A stretch of DNA of 64,000 bases, taken from NCBI RefSeq assembly GCF_009914755.1, contig NC_060945.1; one strand, written 5' to 3'. Positions 42,961-56,548 of the stretch are shown in pieces. How positions within the stretch are numbered: the first letter of the stretch is position 1; every line of letters starts with the position of its first letter. The position numbers were made by a program, and so were the translations under genes. The DNA is from the human T2T-CHM13v2.0 reference genome, Homo sapiens. The notes under the pieces were generated by a model. It searched no databases, was not told where the DNA came from, and was given only the letters and a program-made list of their open reading frames with translations.

Positions 42961-45631
42961 AAGTGGGGTTGTGGGGAGTGTGCAGAGCCCTGTGCACAGA
43001 TGTGACATCCAGTGCAGTGTGATCACCCAGGGAAGGGTCTTACCCCTGGAGAGGTGGGGTTGCAGGGAAGGGGGCATGGAGGAATGTGTATGCCACCTTG
43101 ACCTTTTTGGTTGTGGAGAGAACGGAATAAGAATTGGGGGAGAGGCAGGATTTCAGCGAGGGGTGTCACAGGGGTCTGCTGTTGGGGTGGTCATCACAAG
43201 ATGAATCAAGGACAGATCGGGCTGTGTTTGGATGGTTGTGAGGATCAGAGAGGAGGAATGAAAGACACCCTTGGGTGCTTTCTTATAACCCTGTGATGTT
43301 TGTCACTACTTTAAGAAAGCCTTAGTAAAATCTCTGCAGGAGAGCCCCTGACAAAAAGTCAGAAAGGCTGTAGTGTATTAATTACCCCAGGGAAAGCCTG
43401 CTTTTCCCTAGCATAGAGTGTGGTGTGCCGCATGTCTCTCTTGAACTTGCATTTGGTTCCTGCACTACTCCCACAACAAGGACGGTAGGGGCGGGTACAG
43501 GTGGGGCTCCAGTGAAGGGTGGGGGTTCTCAGGTATGATGCGTTTACAGCCTGCATTGAGGCTATATGATGCCCCTCGTTTGGAGATTCCAAGAGGAATT
43601 TTAAGTTTATTCCACCAGAGTGCACCACCATTAAATAAGAAAGACTCATGAGCTATAAGTGCTCATGAATGTGGTGGGTGTACATGCTGGGGCTGTGCCT
43701 CACTCTTTAATTGTCCCAGCAGCCGGCTGTGGTGGGTAGGAAGATCAGGGCGGGCTCTCTGGAGGAGGCGGCTCCTGAGCTGAACACTGAAGGATGAGTA
43801 GGAGCTATCTCCAGTGCTTTTCAAAATTGAAGGGGCAGATGAATCACTTGGAGAGCTTGTTAGTAGGCACATTCTGATTCATCAGGCAGGGGCCTGAGAC
43901 TTGCTTTGCTCCCAGGTGATGCCTATGCTGATGAGATAAGAAAGAGGGAGGCTCTTTAGATCATTATAGGGCAGGAGTCAAGGAAAGATGAAGGGACAGG
44001 GAAGGAAAGATTTCTGGCCAGGACAAGGCACAGGCAAAGACACGAGGGTGCACACAGCTTGGTCTAGGGGAACAGGAGAGTTTGTGTTCTGGATCCAGGG
44101 ACTCAGGAGGGAGGGCAGGACCTGGCAGCAGAACAGATCCCCAACCCACACAGATGGGCTCTTCCTGCTCATCCTCTCCAACGCCCCTATCTACCATGGG
44201 TGATCTTTAGCCTCAGAACACTTTATTTTTCTGAGGAGTACAAAGGACCACAGACTGGAAGTCACACTGGGGAAGCAGCCATGGAGAACGCACTCTGCCT
44301 AAACACAGCTTGTACAAGGAATAGCCTGAAGACAAGGTCAAAGGCTTCAAATCATGAACCAACTCACGAGCTCCGGACAAGCTCATTTGTCCCATGAGCA
44401 GGATGTCTGAGGGCTCAGTGAATCTTAGTGAACACATCAAATACAAATACACCTTATGTCTAAGAATCTGATGACAAATGAGTATTTTTATCCTCTTTGG
44501 GGTAAAATAATGTGTATTCTGCTGTGTTCTTGACTGAAGAGGTATATATATACATATAATTATATATACATATGTATACATACACACATATATATAATTG
44601 TGTGTGTGTATAGGCACATTATACAATGCAACACAACACCTATATGCTTTTTTATTTCATTCTACAAATATCCTCAGTGAACTCCAACCACCACACGAGG
44701 TACAAGGTTCAAGAAAAGATGCTACATAGGTTGCATGTACTTTTTCAAGGGTTCGAACACGCTACTTAGACTTCTATTTTTTCATTTATTCATTCAACAG
44801 AGATTTATTAAGCCCCTTCTATGTGCCAGGCACCAGGCAGATTTGGGAGATACTACTGTGAACAAGACAGACAAGGTCCTGGCTTCAAAGAGCTGAACTT
44901 GACTGAGAGGCGGGTGGTGACTGAGGCCTGGCGGATGCAGCGGCTCCCTGCCAAGATCCCTCTCCAGTTCAGTTTCCCAGGAGCCAGGGAGGGAGCTCGC
45001 CTGCTGCACAGCATCGTCAGGGAAACTTGTAATTACAGCATTTATTAGGACAGATTAGAGAGCCAAAAGAATCACATTGTTAAAGGAACAATGAAATTAA
45101 AAAAGAGGTTAAGCAAAAACCACAGGAGAAAAACCCATGCATTCGCCAGCTATTACAGGCTCACAAGATAGCAGTTACATGATTGAAATCTCCTCCTTAG
45201 CCTCTGATCTGCTTAGGCATTTTTAGCTGGAAGAGACCAATCATATCTCTAGTCTTGAGCCTGGGGCCGTCTTCTCCGGCTGTGTGTACAGTTGGGAGGC
45301 AGCTTTGCAGAGGCCAAGGGCCGTGGTTTGACCTTGGGCAAATGACTTAATCTCCAGGAGCCTCAGTTTACTTATCTGTAATAATTCCTGCCTTGCAGGC
45401 TGGCCATACGGCCATACGACTGAGAAATCATAAGTGTGTTGCGACCAGCACATACATTCTCAAAGAGAGGTAACTGCCAGTCAGTGGTAGACCAAGCCAT
45501 GTTAGAGCCTGCAGCAAAAGGCAAGTTCAGAAATACAGACCCTCTTTATTTAAAATGTTGTTATTTTGTCATCAAGGAATTTATTGCATTAATTTTGATT
45601 ATATATATAGCATTAAAACAGTATCTATCTT

Positions 45632-45722
45632 GGCTGGGCGAGGTGGCTCAGGCCTTTAATCCCAACACTTTGGGAAGCCAACGCAGGAGGATTGCTTGCA
45701 GCCGGGAATTCAAGACCAACAT
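45632..45722 (+). mobile_element. Partial Alu left arm/FLAM
   Basis: ggctgggcgaggtggctcaggcctttaatcccaacactttgggaag. Confidence 0.75.
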
Positions 45723-45769
45723 AAGGGCTCTCATAGTCCCCTCCTCCCCCATGAGATAGTCATCATCAT

Positions 45770-45890
45770 CCTCATTTTACAGGTGAGGACATGGAGGCAC
45801 CGAGACATTAAGTAACTTGAAGACCACACAGCTAAGCAGCCAGAGTTCCAATCCAGGCTACAGAAGGTCAGAGCCTGTGTTCTTAACCAC
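45770..45890. mobile_element. MIR
   Basis: cattttacaggtgagg...aagtaacttgaagaccacacagctaag. Confidence 0.65.
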
Positions 45891-48464
45891 CAGGAAACAC
45901 ATGGCTTTAGACTTTTACCACAGACACGTGCGCCCAATATGCAAACCAGCCGACCCACAAAAACTGCTTTGCATTTTTAAGCAGTTGCATTGAAGCTTAC
46001 AGAGTGTTCCAGTGCGCTAGGAGCCCCACTGACCCATCCCGGGCTGGCCAGGTGGGCTCTTCTCATAACTGTGTGTCTGCGGCATCTGACCCTGCTTGTA
46101 TCTTCTCCTGGAGGACTTTGAGATAAGACTTCATCTGGGGACACTGAGAGTCCAATGAATGGAGACACTAGGACACCCCCGACTGGAAAAGACAGACGGA
46201 TGTGCACACTGTCACCCTCTACCTCCTTCCACCACAGACCCAAGGTGGCACACAGGAAGGTGCACACTGCACCAAAAAACAGAAAACTGGAAATGTGAAT
46301 GCACAAGGGGTCGGGGACAAGAGGACCCAGGAGGAGGCTGGGCCAAGAGGGGGTTAGAAAGTACCCTGTGGGCCATAGGACTTCAACAGTTCACACAGTT
46401 GAGTCCCTAACTGAGGCCAAGCTGTATGGGCCAAGAACAAGGGAAACAAGATCAGGGCTGAAGCATGCCCCTTCCTTGGGAGAAACACATGTGCTTAGGG
46501 CTTGGCTTTAAAAGAGATTTTCCTTGTGAAATCCACTCAGGGGCCCCTGAGGAATGTCATGGACTGGGTCTTGATGTGACTCTTTCTTATGCCACTGCAT
46601 ATGACAAGCACTGCAGCTTCCGAGGCCCCCATGGGGAAAGCCCTGAGAGAGGGATGGAGGCTCCCCCATGGCTCCCAGCACATGGACCCTACCTCCTGGG
46701 ACACATTTCTGGTCTGTCTAATGTGATGGTGTCGCCTCTCTGTGCTGTTCACCTGCTCCACCCCAAGGGTAGGCCCTGGTTCCTGTGCATTTTGCACTCC
46801 TCCCAGCAACGCAAACCAGTGCCACAAAGGCCCTCTGTTGAACTTGCAGGGTGCAACCGGGCTCCTCAGTGGTTGGGAAGACCCTGCACTGCTGCTCTGA
46901 CCCCCCTCTGTCTACATGGAGGGACATGTTGGGGTCCATGGAGAAGTCACCAGGTGATCAAGATCTGACCTCCCCCATCCCATGTTCTTCCGTGGGAGGA
47001 TTAATCACTGCCTCTCTCTAGCTCCCCTTTCTTAGCTAATCTGGAGTCATAAAACATCTTAGTATTAGGCCACATCCACACAAGCAGCAGGTAAGTTCCC
47101 TTTTACATATAGCCTCTCCCAGGTATTCTGACGTGGGCGTCTCCCCCACCCCAGCCTACTCACAGATTTCAGCATCCACCCTGAGGGTGTCTGTGTGAAG
47201 AGCCTGTCTCCTCCTTGGCCATCCAGGGCCTAGCTGCTGTCCAGTTATTGCTGGAACCCTCATCAGTCTGGTTGAGTCACAAGGAAAAGATGTTCTGCCC
47301 CAGGCACTGGTCTGGGGACCACACATTCTCCTTCTAAGGTTGTAACATGGCAGACTCTTCACCTTCCACCCCAACCAGTGTGTCAATCAAAGGACAGGGC
47401 CACACAGGCAAGGTAGATCACAGCAGCCAGTTATTAGGAAAGAGGACTGAGGTTATAATCTCACAGGCCACTCCCACCTGGAAGATGGTGGCCTTGTTTT
47501 CAGGGTCAGGCATAGTTTACCAAAAGACATTTGGAAAAGGGCCTTGTTATTTATAGTTTTTAAGCTGTGCAAGTGAAGACACCAGGAAGAGAGCGCTAGG
47601 GTCAGAGTGGGTTGAGCTGGGGTTTTCGCTGTTGTTGTTGTTGCTGCCATTACTAGAAAAGAGACAATGCAAAAACCCAAGGCATTGCCTCAGAGCCCAG
47701 GGGTAGGGATTCTGGACTCCCTCCACAATGTTCAGGTCATTCTAAAGATGCTGAGAGTCCACGAGGAATGAGATGAAATGACAGGGCCATGAATCAATTC
47801 CCGTGGTGTTGAAAGCTTCAGGGAGGAAAGCTCCTGGCTCACAGCTGGGTTTTCTTGGGTCCTCACAGTACCGTTGCGCTGGTCTCTGTTGCTACAGCTT
47901 CTTGGTGGTGGTGATTGCAGCTCCTTGGTGGTGGCAGCTGTGCTCTCTGATCCCAAAGGACCACTATGGTTCCAGAGGAAAGAGTGGTTGGAGAACAAGA
48001 GCAGTTTTCAGCAGAAGCACTTGTGACTGAGATAAGACACGGAGGAGAGCTCCATCCTCTAAGCCCAAGTGAGTAGCGGCTCTTGGTGACAGCAATGCCA
48101 GGCCCTACACCACTTGCATTTCTATTCACTGAGTGTCTATGGAGGGCCAGGCCTGGCTCTGTGCTCTACAAGCCCCTCTTGGCATTCCTTAATTCTCTGG
48201 GGTTTGTGTGTGATCCCTAGTCTATGGTTGAGAAGTAAATCAGATTCAGAAAGCTGGTGAGGCTAGAACAGGGCTTGAACTCATGTTTACAGAGAAGCGA
48301 ACCCCAGACCCCTTTCCCTCTTCTCTAATTTGTTCAATCTTTGTCTCTGTTTGCCTCCCCTCTATCATTCTTTATCTTTCCTATTTCTCTCTCCCTTTTC
48401 TTTCCCTCCTCTGTCCCTCTTTTCTCTTTTTTCTCCTTTTTTTCTCATTTTTCTCCTTGCTGTT

Positions 48465-48825
48465 GTTTGAATGTGTCCTCCAAAGTTCAAGTTTTGGAAA
48501 CTGAATCCCCAGGGTGCAAGCGTTAAGAGGTGGGGCCTTAATAAGTGGTGATCAGGTCATGAAACCCTGCCCTCATGAATGGATTAATGTCATTATTGAG
48601 GGAGCAGGTTAGTTATTGTGAGCGTGGAATTGTTATAAAAGCAAGTTCAGCCCTCACGCTCTGGCTCTCCCAAGCTCTCTTCTGCCTTCTGCCATGGGAT
48701 GAGTAGCAAGAAGCCCTCACCAGATGCAGCCCCTTGACCTTGGACTTCCAAGCCTCCAGAACCATAAGAAATAAAATTTTTTTCTTTATAAATGACCCAG
48801 TCTGTGATATTCTATTATAACACAA
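48465..48825 (+). mobile_element. MST-type LTR
   Basis: tttgaatgtgtcctccaaagttca...gaccttggacttccaagcctccagaacc. Confidence 0.82.
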
Positions 48826-50172
48826 GATGCTCTTCCCACCTCAATCAACTTTCACTGCCCAACCCAGTTGCACATAGACTGAGTATCAGTTGCGCATAGA
48901 CTGAGTACGTTGCTGGGTCCTGGTCACATGGTGATGCCTGAATATTCTCCCTGACCTGAAGCCTTTGCAAATCTGCTTACTAAACTCCATGAAAACTGTG
49001 CTCAGGGTTTTTCATTGAAAAATTCAGGTGAGGTGAATATTTTACTCATCTCTTTTCGGTTGGTTTTAACTTTTATGTAACATTTAATTAATTCTTTCAA
49101 ATGAACTCTGTGAATACCTAATTCAGGGAGAGAAGCTTCAAAGGAGATAGGAACATGCTGGGAGACAGAGGATGTACTGGGGGTAGGGAGGAAAGGGAAA
49201 GGAAACGGAAACAAAGGAAAAGGGAAGGGAAGAAAATTTAGCATTCCCCAGCATGACTCAAGGTTTTCCTGGTAGTTCCTATAATCTTTCAGGAAAGTAG
49301 AGCCTTCTTCAGTGAGAAATCTTTCCCTAATATTGAAGTCAACTTTGAATTTAAATCCTTTCTGAGCCACTGACTATTTACTGACAGTCCTTCTGACCTT
49401 TAACTGTGAGCTAAGATTTTCCATTTGAAAGACTAATGAGGGATTTATTCCTAGGATACAAAGATGGTTTCACATAATTAAATCAATAAATGTGATACAC
49501 CACATTAAAAGAAAGACAGACAAAAACCATGTGATCATCTCAAGAGATAAAGAAAAGTCACCGGACAAATTTCCACATTTTTCATGGTAAAAAGTCCCAA
49601 TAGGTGAGAGATAGAAGGAGTGTACCTCAATACAATAAAGGCTACATATAAAAAGCTCATAACTAACGTCACACTCTACAGTGAAAAGTTGGGATCTTTT
49701 CCTCTAAGATCAGAAAAAGACAAGGATGCCTACTCTTACCACTTCTATTAAACATAGTTCTGGATGTTCTAGCCAGAGCAACTAGAAGAGAAATAAATAA
49801 AAGTCATTTGAATTGGAAAGGAAAAAGTTACATTGTCTCTATTTGCAGACAACATGATCTCATATATAAAATATCCTAAAGACTCTACCAAAGAACTGTT
49901 AGAACTAATACATTTAATAATGTTACAGGATACAAAATCAATATGCAAAAATCAGTAGCATTTCTATATAAGAACAATTAACTATCTGAAAAAGAAATCA
50001 AGAAAACAATCCCATTTACAGTGGCGCCTCCCCCCAAAATTACTTAGATGTAAATTTAACCAAGTTAATGAAAGATCTGTAGACTGAAAACTATAAAACA
50101 TGAATGAAAGAAGTTAAAAAAAGACACAAATAAATAGAAAGATATTCTGTGTTTAAGAATTGGAAGATTTAA

Positions 50173-50466
<294 letters not shown>

Positions 50467-51073
50467 AAGAATTGGAAGATTTAATATTGTTAAAATGTCC
50501 ATACTGTCCAAAGTGATCCAAGAGTCAAATACAATCCTATCAAAATTCCAATGACTTTTTTTAGCAGAAATGGAAAAAACAATCCATAAATTTGGATGGA
50601 ACCACAAAAGACCCATGAATGGCCAAATAAATCTTGAGCAAAAAGAACAAAGCTAGAGGCATCACACTACCTGATTTTAAAATCTATTACAAAGCTATAG
50701 TAATCTAAACAGCATAAAACTGCCACAAAACAGACACAGACAAGTGGAGCTGAATAAACAGCCCAGAAATTAATTCATGAATTTATGGTCAATTGAGCTT
50801 TGACAAAGATTCCAAGAACATACAATAGGGAAAGGACAGTTCTTCAGTAAATGGTGCTGAGAACATTGGATATCCAGATGCAAATAAATAAAATTAGACC
50901 CTCGTCTCACACCACACACAAAAATCCACTCAAAGTAGATAAGCGACTTAAATATAAGACCTAGAACCTTATAAATACTGGAAGAAAACATGGAGAAAAA
51001 GCTCTAGGACATTGGTCTTGGCAATGAATTTGTGGATATGACCCTAAAAGCACAAGCAACAAAAGTAAAAATG

Positions 51074-51357
51074 CAGCCGGGCACGGTGGCTCACGCCTGT
51101 AATCCCAGCACTTTGGGAGGCCGAGGCGGGAGGATCACGAGGTCAGGAGCTCAAGACCAGCCTGACCTACATGGTGAAACTCCATCTCTACTAAAAATAC
51201 AAAAATTAGCTGGGCATGCTGGTGGGCACCTGTAATCCCAGCTACTCAGGAGGCTGAAGCAGGAGAATCCTTGAACCCGGAAGTGGGAGTTTGCAGTGAG
51301 CCAAGATCGCGCCACTGCACTCCAGCCTGGGTGACAGAGCAAGACACCATCTCAAAA

Positions 51358-51404
<47 letters not shown>

Positions 51405-51405
51405 A
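51074..51405 (+). mobile_element. AluS with (TAAA)n tail
   Basis: Full Alu body and tetranucleotide tail. Confidence 0.95.
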
Positions 51406-53489
51406 TTCGCACAAATAGAATTCAATCAAACCAAAAAAGCTCCCACGCGGCAAAGGAAATGACCATAGAGTGAAGAAACAACATATAGTATGGGAGAATA
51501 TATTTACAAATCACACATCTGATAAGAAGTTAATATCAAAAATATGCAGGAAACTCAAACAACTCAATAGCAAAAACAAAAACAAGCAAAAACAAATATA
51601 AATCAGTTAAAATGGGCAAAGAATCTGAATAAATATTTCTCAAAAAAGACATATGAGTGGCCAATGGGTATATGAAAAGATATTCAACATCACTAATCAG
51701 AGAAATGCAATTAATATCACAATAAGATATTAATATCACTTCACATCTGTTAAAATGACTAGTATCAAAAAGATGAAAGATAACAGATGTTGGCAAGGCT
51801 GTGTAGAAAATGGAACCCTTGTACACTGTTGGTGGGGATGTAGATTAATACAGCCATTATGGAAAACAGTATGGAGATTTCTTAAGGAATTAAAAATAGA
51901 ACTACCATATGATCCAGCAATTTAATTTCTGGGCATATATTTAAAGGAAATAAAACCGGTAGCTTGAAGAGATATCTATACTTTCATGTTCATTGCAGCA
52001 TTATTCACAACAGCCAAGATATGGAATCAACTTAAGTATCCATTAATGCATGAATGGATAAAGAAAATACTATTCAACCTTTAAATTAGCCCTCATGCTA
52101 ATTTATTTAGAAAAATTTATTTCGTATGGTTCTGGAGGCTGGGAAGTCCAAGGTGACGGGGCTGCATCTGGTGAGGGCCTTTTTGCTACGCATCCCATGG
52201 CAGAAGGCAGAAGGACAAGGTAGCTTGAGAGAGCAAGAGTGTGAGGGCTCTTTAAAAGAAGTAAATTCTGTCATTTGTGACAACATGGCTGAAGCTGGAG
52301 GGCATTAGGCTAAGTGAAATAAGCCAGACACAGAAGGATAAATACTGCATAATCTCACTTATATGTGGAATCTAAAAAAGTAGGGCTCAGAGAAACAAGT
52401 CATAGAATGGTGGCTACCAGAGGGTAGAGGTTGGAGGATTGAGGAGATGGTGGTCAATGGACACAAAATTCCAGTTAAACAGGAGGAATAAGTTCAAGAG
52501 ATCTATTATACATAATGAGACCACAGTTAATAATAATATACTATACATTGGAAAATTTCTAGAAAGGCAGTTTTAAGTGTTCTCACTCCAAAAATAAGTA
52601 TATGAGGTAATGCATATGTTAAAAAGCTTGATTTAGCCATTCCAAAATGTACACAAATATCAAAACATCATGTTGTACACCATAAATATTTACAATTTTT
52701 ACTTTTCAATTTGAAAAAAAAAGAAAAATGAAGAAAGAAAACTTCTTGTTGGATTGAGTTCTCTATCATCAACAGGGATGGAGAGGTTTTAGGGAAAGAG
52801 AAAATATCACCTCTCTCACTGTAAGAAACAGATTTTATTATTACTAACCTAGAACACTGCATTTTCTCTTTGTTGTTGGGAAATTTCTGATGACACCTTT
52901 AAAAAAACCTGAGATTTGTCTCTGGGTAAGTTAAATGTTCATTAAGTGATCACAGAAAGTAAAAGTTTGGGAAACTTTACCAGGAGCGTTTGGGGGAAGC
53001 AAACCCTGCGCAGATTTCCTTTGTTCTTGCAATAGCAGTTCCCTCTTGAGTGTGACTTGGGGCCCCTCAGTTGGCCCTGGGACATCTGCTCACTTTGGGA
53101 CTCTTTGTGAACATTACTTGGGGAAGGAAGCACTGGGGGGAAGGAAGCACTGGGCTTGGGACAGGGCTGGGCGCTGCCTCTTCACTGGACCATGACAAGG
53201 TTGTTACCTCACCAAGGAGAGGTGCAAAAAGCTTAGGGGCTTGGATTTCTAGATTTCAGTGCCAACTATGCCACTTACTGGCTTTATCCTTGGGGAATTT
53301 ATCTACTCTGTGACCCTCAGTTTTTTTATCTTAATTATTAATACATACCTCATAATGTGACTGTGAGGATTCACTTAATAATATATGGAAAACCATAGAA
53401 TAGTGCCCAGCATCTAGGAAGTGCCACAGCCCCCTTCAGAAGCTAGTGAAACCTGCAGACCACTTTTCAGAGTGATATTATTATTTTTT

Positions 53490-54995
53490 TCTAGGTTTAC
53501 TGAGTTATAATTGAAAAAATAAAAATGGAATATAGATGTACAACATGAAGCTCTGATGCATATATCCATTGTGAAATGATGACCACAATCAAGCTAATTA
53601 ATGTTATCTATCACTTCACATAGTTCAACCTTTTTTTGTGGTGAGAGTACTGAAGATCTACTCTCTTAGCAATTTTCAAATCTAAAATACATTATTATTA
53701 ACACAGTCACTGTGCCGTACGTTAGCTCTGAGGACCTTATTCATTTTATACCTAAAAGTCTGTATCCTTTAACCAACCTCTCCTAATTTCCCACTGTCAT
53801 CCCTACTGCCACCTCTGGTAACCAGCCTTCTGCTCTGTTTCTGAGTCCAACCTTCTTAGATTCCACATATGAGTGAGATCATGCTGTGCAGTGTTTGTTT
53901 TTCTGTGTCTGGCTTGCTTTCACTTAGCATAATGTCCTCCAGGTCCACCCATGTTGTTGCAAATGGCAGAATCTTCTTCTTGTTAAAGACTGAATAATAT
54001 CCCTGTGTGTGCGTGCATGTGTGTGTGTGTTTGTGTGTGTGTGTGTATCACATTTTCTTCATCCATTCATCCATCAATGGACACTAAGCACTAAGGTTGA
54101 TTCCGTATCTTGGCTATTGTGAATAATGCTGCAATAAACATATGAGTCCAGATACCTCTTCAAGATACTGATTTCATTTCCTTTAAATATATGCCCAGAA
54201 GTGGGATTGCTGGATCATATGGTAGTTCTATATTTAGTATCTTGAGGAATTTCCATACTGTTTTTCATAATGATTGTAGCAATCTATATTCCCATCAACA
54301 GTGTACAAGGGTTCCATTTTCTACATGGCCTTACCAACGTTTGTTATCACTTATCTTTTTGATAATAGATATTCTAGCAGGTGTGAGGTGGTATCTCATT
54401 GTGGTTTTAATTTGCATTTTCCTGATGATTAGTGGTGTAGAGCATCTTTTCATATTCCCATTGGTAATTCGTATATCTTCCTTTGAGAAATATTTATTCA
54501 GATCTTTTGCCCATTGTTAGCTGAGTTATATGTGAGTTGGTTTTGGTTTGTTGTTGTTTTTTGTTTTTGCTATTGAGCTGAGTTCCTTGTATATTTTGGA
54601 TATTAAATCCTTCTCAGCTGTATGGTTGACAGATACATTCTTGCATTCTGTAAGTTGCATCTGTAGGTTGCAACAGAGTCTCTTTACTCTGTTGATTGCT
54701 TGCTTTACTGTGTGAAAGCTTTTTTAGCTTGATGTAATTGTGTTTGTCTATTTTTGCTTTTGTTGCTTGTACTTTTAGTGTCATATCCAAAAAGTTATTG
54801 CCCAGACCAGTGTCATCCCCTATGTTTTCTTCTAGTAATTTTAAAGTTTCAGGTCTTATGTCTATGTCTTTAATCCATTTTGAGTTAATTTTTGTGTAGG
54901 GTTTAAGATAAGAATCCAATTTTATTTTTATTTTTTGTATATGGATATCCAATTTCCCCAACACCATTTATTGAAAATTCTATCCTTTCTTTGTT
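53490..54995 (-). mobile_element. L1MA 3' portion, with (TG)n at ~54004-54045
   Basis: aagatctactctcttagcaatttt; gggattgctggatcatatggtagttcta. Confidence 0.87.
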
Positions 54996-54999
54996 GTGT

Positions 55000-55435
55000 A
55001 TTAACATCAGAATAATATTTTTAAATACATAAAATTCAGAAGATGACAAAGGAAACCAATTACATTGAAATGCATACAGAGTTATAATTCTGAAAGAGCA
55101 ATATATGTGCCTCTTTGTAAACACATCATATATCAAACTGCAGTGACCGTTCTAACAACTATTGCAATTTCAAAGTCATGTTGAGTAGGAGGAGTACTTT
55201 GAGATTCTGAAACAACGTTCTTGTGCTATGAAATATCCATGATTTTGATTGGTGATGGTATCCCAGGTCTTGTTAATGCTGCTGTAATCTGTTGCTTCCA
55301 TTCCATAGTTGAATAAAATGCTTGATATCTGTTGGAAATTAGTAAAAATAAAAACGTATTTTTTTCCATCCAAGTTCATTCTCAGACCCTGAAGAGTCAC
55401 TTCTCTGGATTCTGCAGCAAAGTTCCCAGCTGGGG
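55000..55435. mobile_element. Probable hAT-Charlie fragment
   Basis: ggaaaccaattacattgaaat...ttttccatccaagttca resemble Charlie-type ends. Confidence 0.4.
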
Positions 55436-55879
55436 CAGCAAGATTTAGGCAATTGAAAAGAACATACACCTTGTTCTCAGTGGCAAACCACATGGAAAGC
55501 TTTAAATGTCAGAGAAGAATTCTGCCATTTTGCTGACTTTTTTGTAGTTCTCCTAATAAACAAGTGTTAAGTGACAAGCTTTTCAGAGGAGATAATTTTC
55601 TTCCAAGTGGTCTTTTTATTTACCTGAATATTAAGTTCAAAGACACTCTAGTCTCTCAAAGGAAACCTGTGGGTGGAGTGTTTTTTAAAATGTCAAATTC
55701 CAAACGAAGCTGAAGGGCACAGCCTCAAGAAGGTTCTGTGTTCACCAGTGCACAGGGACGTGTCAGCCCTTTATTGCCATTGTCTACATAACATTTTTCA
55801 AGTTCTCTGAGTTGTGAGGCTGTCAGTATGAAGACTCCTATTTTTTCTGCTATTAAATTTTTTTTTCCTCCAACTTTTT

Positions 55880-56548
55880 CTTTTTCTTTTTCTTTTCTTT
55901 TGAGATACAATCTCGCTCTGTCACCCAGGATACTGGAATGCAATGCAGCCTTGAACTCCCAGGCTCAAACAATCCTCCTGCCTCAGCCTCCAAAGTAGCT
56001 GGGACTACAGGCATGCACTGTGGTGTGGTTTGTCTCTGTGTCCCCACCCAAATCTCATGTTGCATTGTAATTCCCAGTGTTAGGGGAAGGGCCTGGTGGG
56101 AGGTGATTGGATCATGGGGGCAGATTTCTCCGTTGCTATTTTCGAGATAGTGAGTGAGTTCTCATGAGATCTGATGGCTTAAAAGTGTGTGGCACTTCCC
56201 CCCACCCCCTCTCTCCTGCCACCTTGTGAGGAATGTCCTTGCTTCTCCTTCACCTTCTGTCATGATTGTAAGTTTCCTGAAGCCTCTCAGTCATCTTTCC
56301 TGTACAGCCTATGGAACTTTGAGTTAATTAAACCTCTTTTCTTCATAAATTACCCAGTCTCAGGAGTTCTTCATAGCAGTGATGATGAATACACACCATC
56401 ACACCCAGCTAATTTTTCTTTATTTTTTTAGTAGAGATGTGGTCTCACTATGTTGCCCAGGCTGTTCTCAAACTCCCGGGCTCAAGTGACCCGCCTACCT
56501 CGGCCTCCCAAAGTGCTGGTATTACAGGCGTGAGCTGCCGCACCCAGC
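55880..56548 (-). mobile_element. AluJ split by an MSTA LTR
   Basis: Right arm 55880-56020, remainder 56394-56548. Confidence 0.88.
56021..56393 (+). mobile_element. MSTA solo LTR inserted in an AluJ
   Basis: tg...ca termini; tgtgtccccacccaaatctcatg; 5-bp TSD cactg/cacca. Confidence 0.88.

Larger units (their letters stand above)
41130..44287 (+). repeat. Paralogous block of an old local segmental duplication (partner 18555-22600)
   Basis: Three colinear similarity blocks: 18560-19500/41130-42095; 21630-21952/42118-42388; 22000-22600/43686-44287. Confidence 0.85.

Noticed and set aside
46465-46968. 167-aa ATG ORF
   Set aside because: No recognisable homology or splice context; plausible by chance in GC-richer DNA
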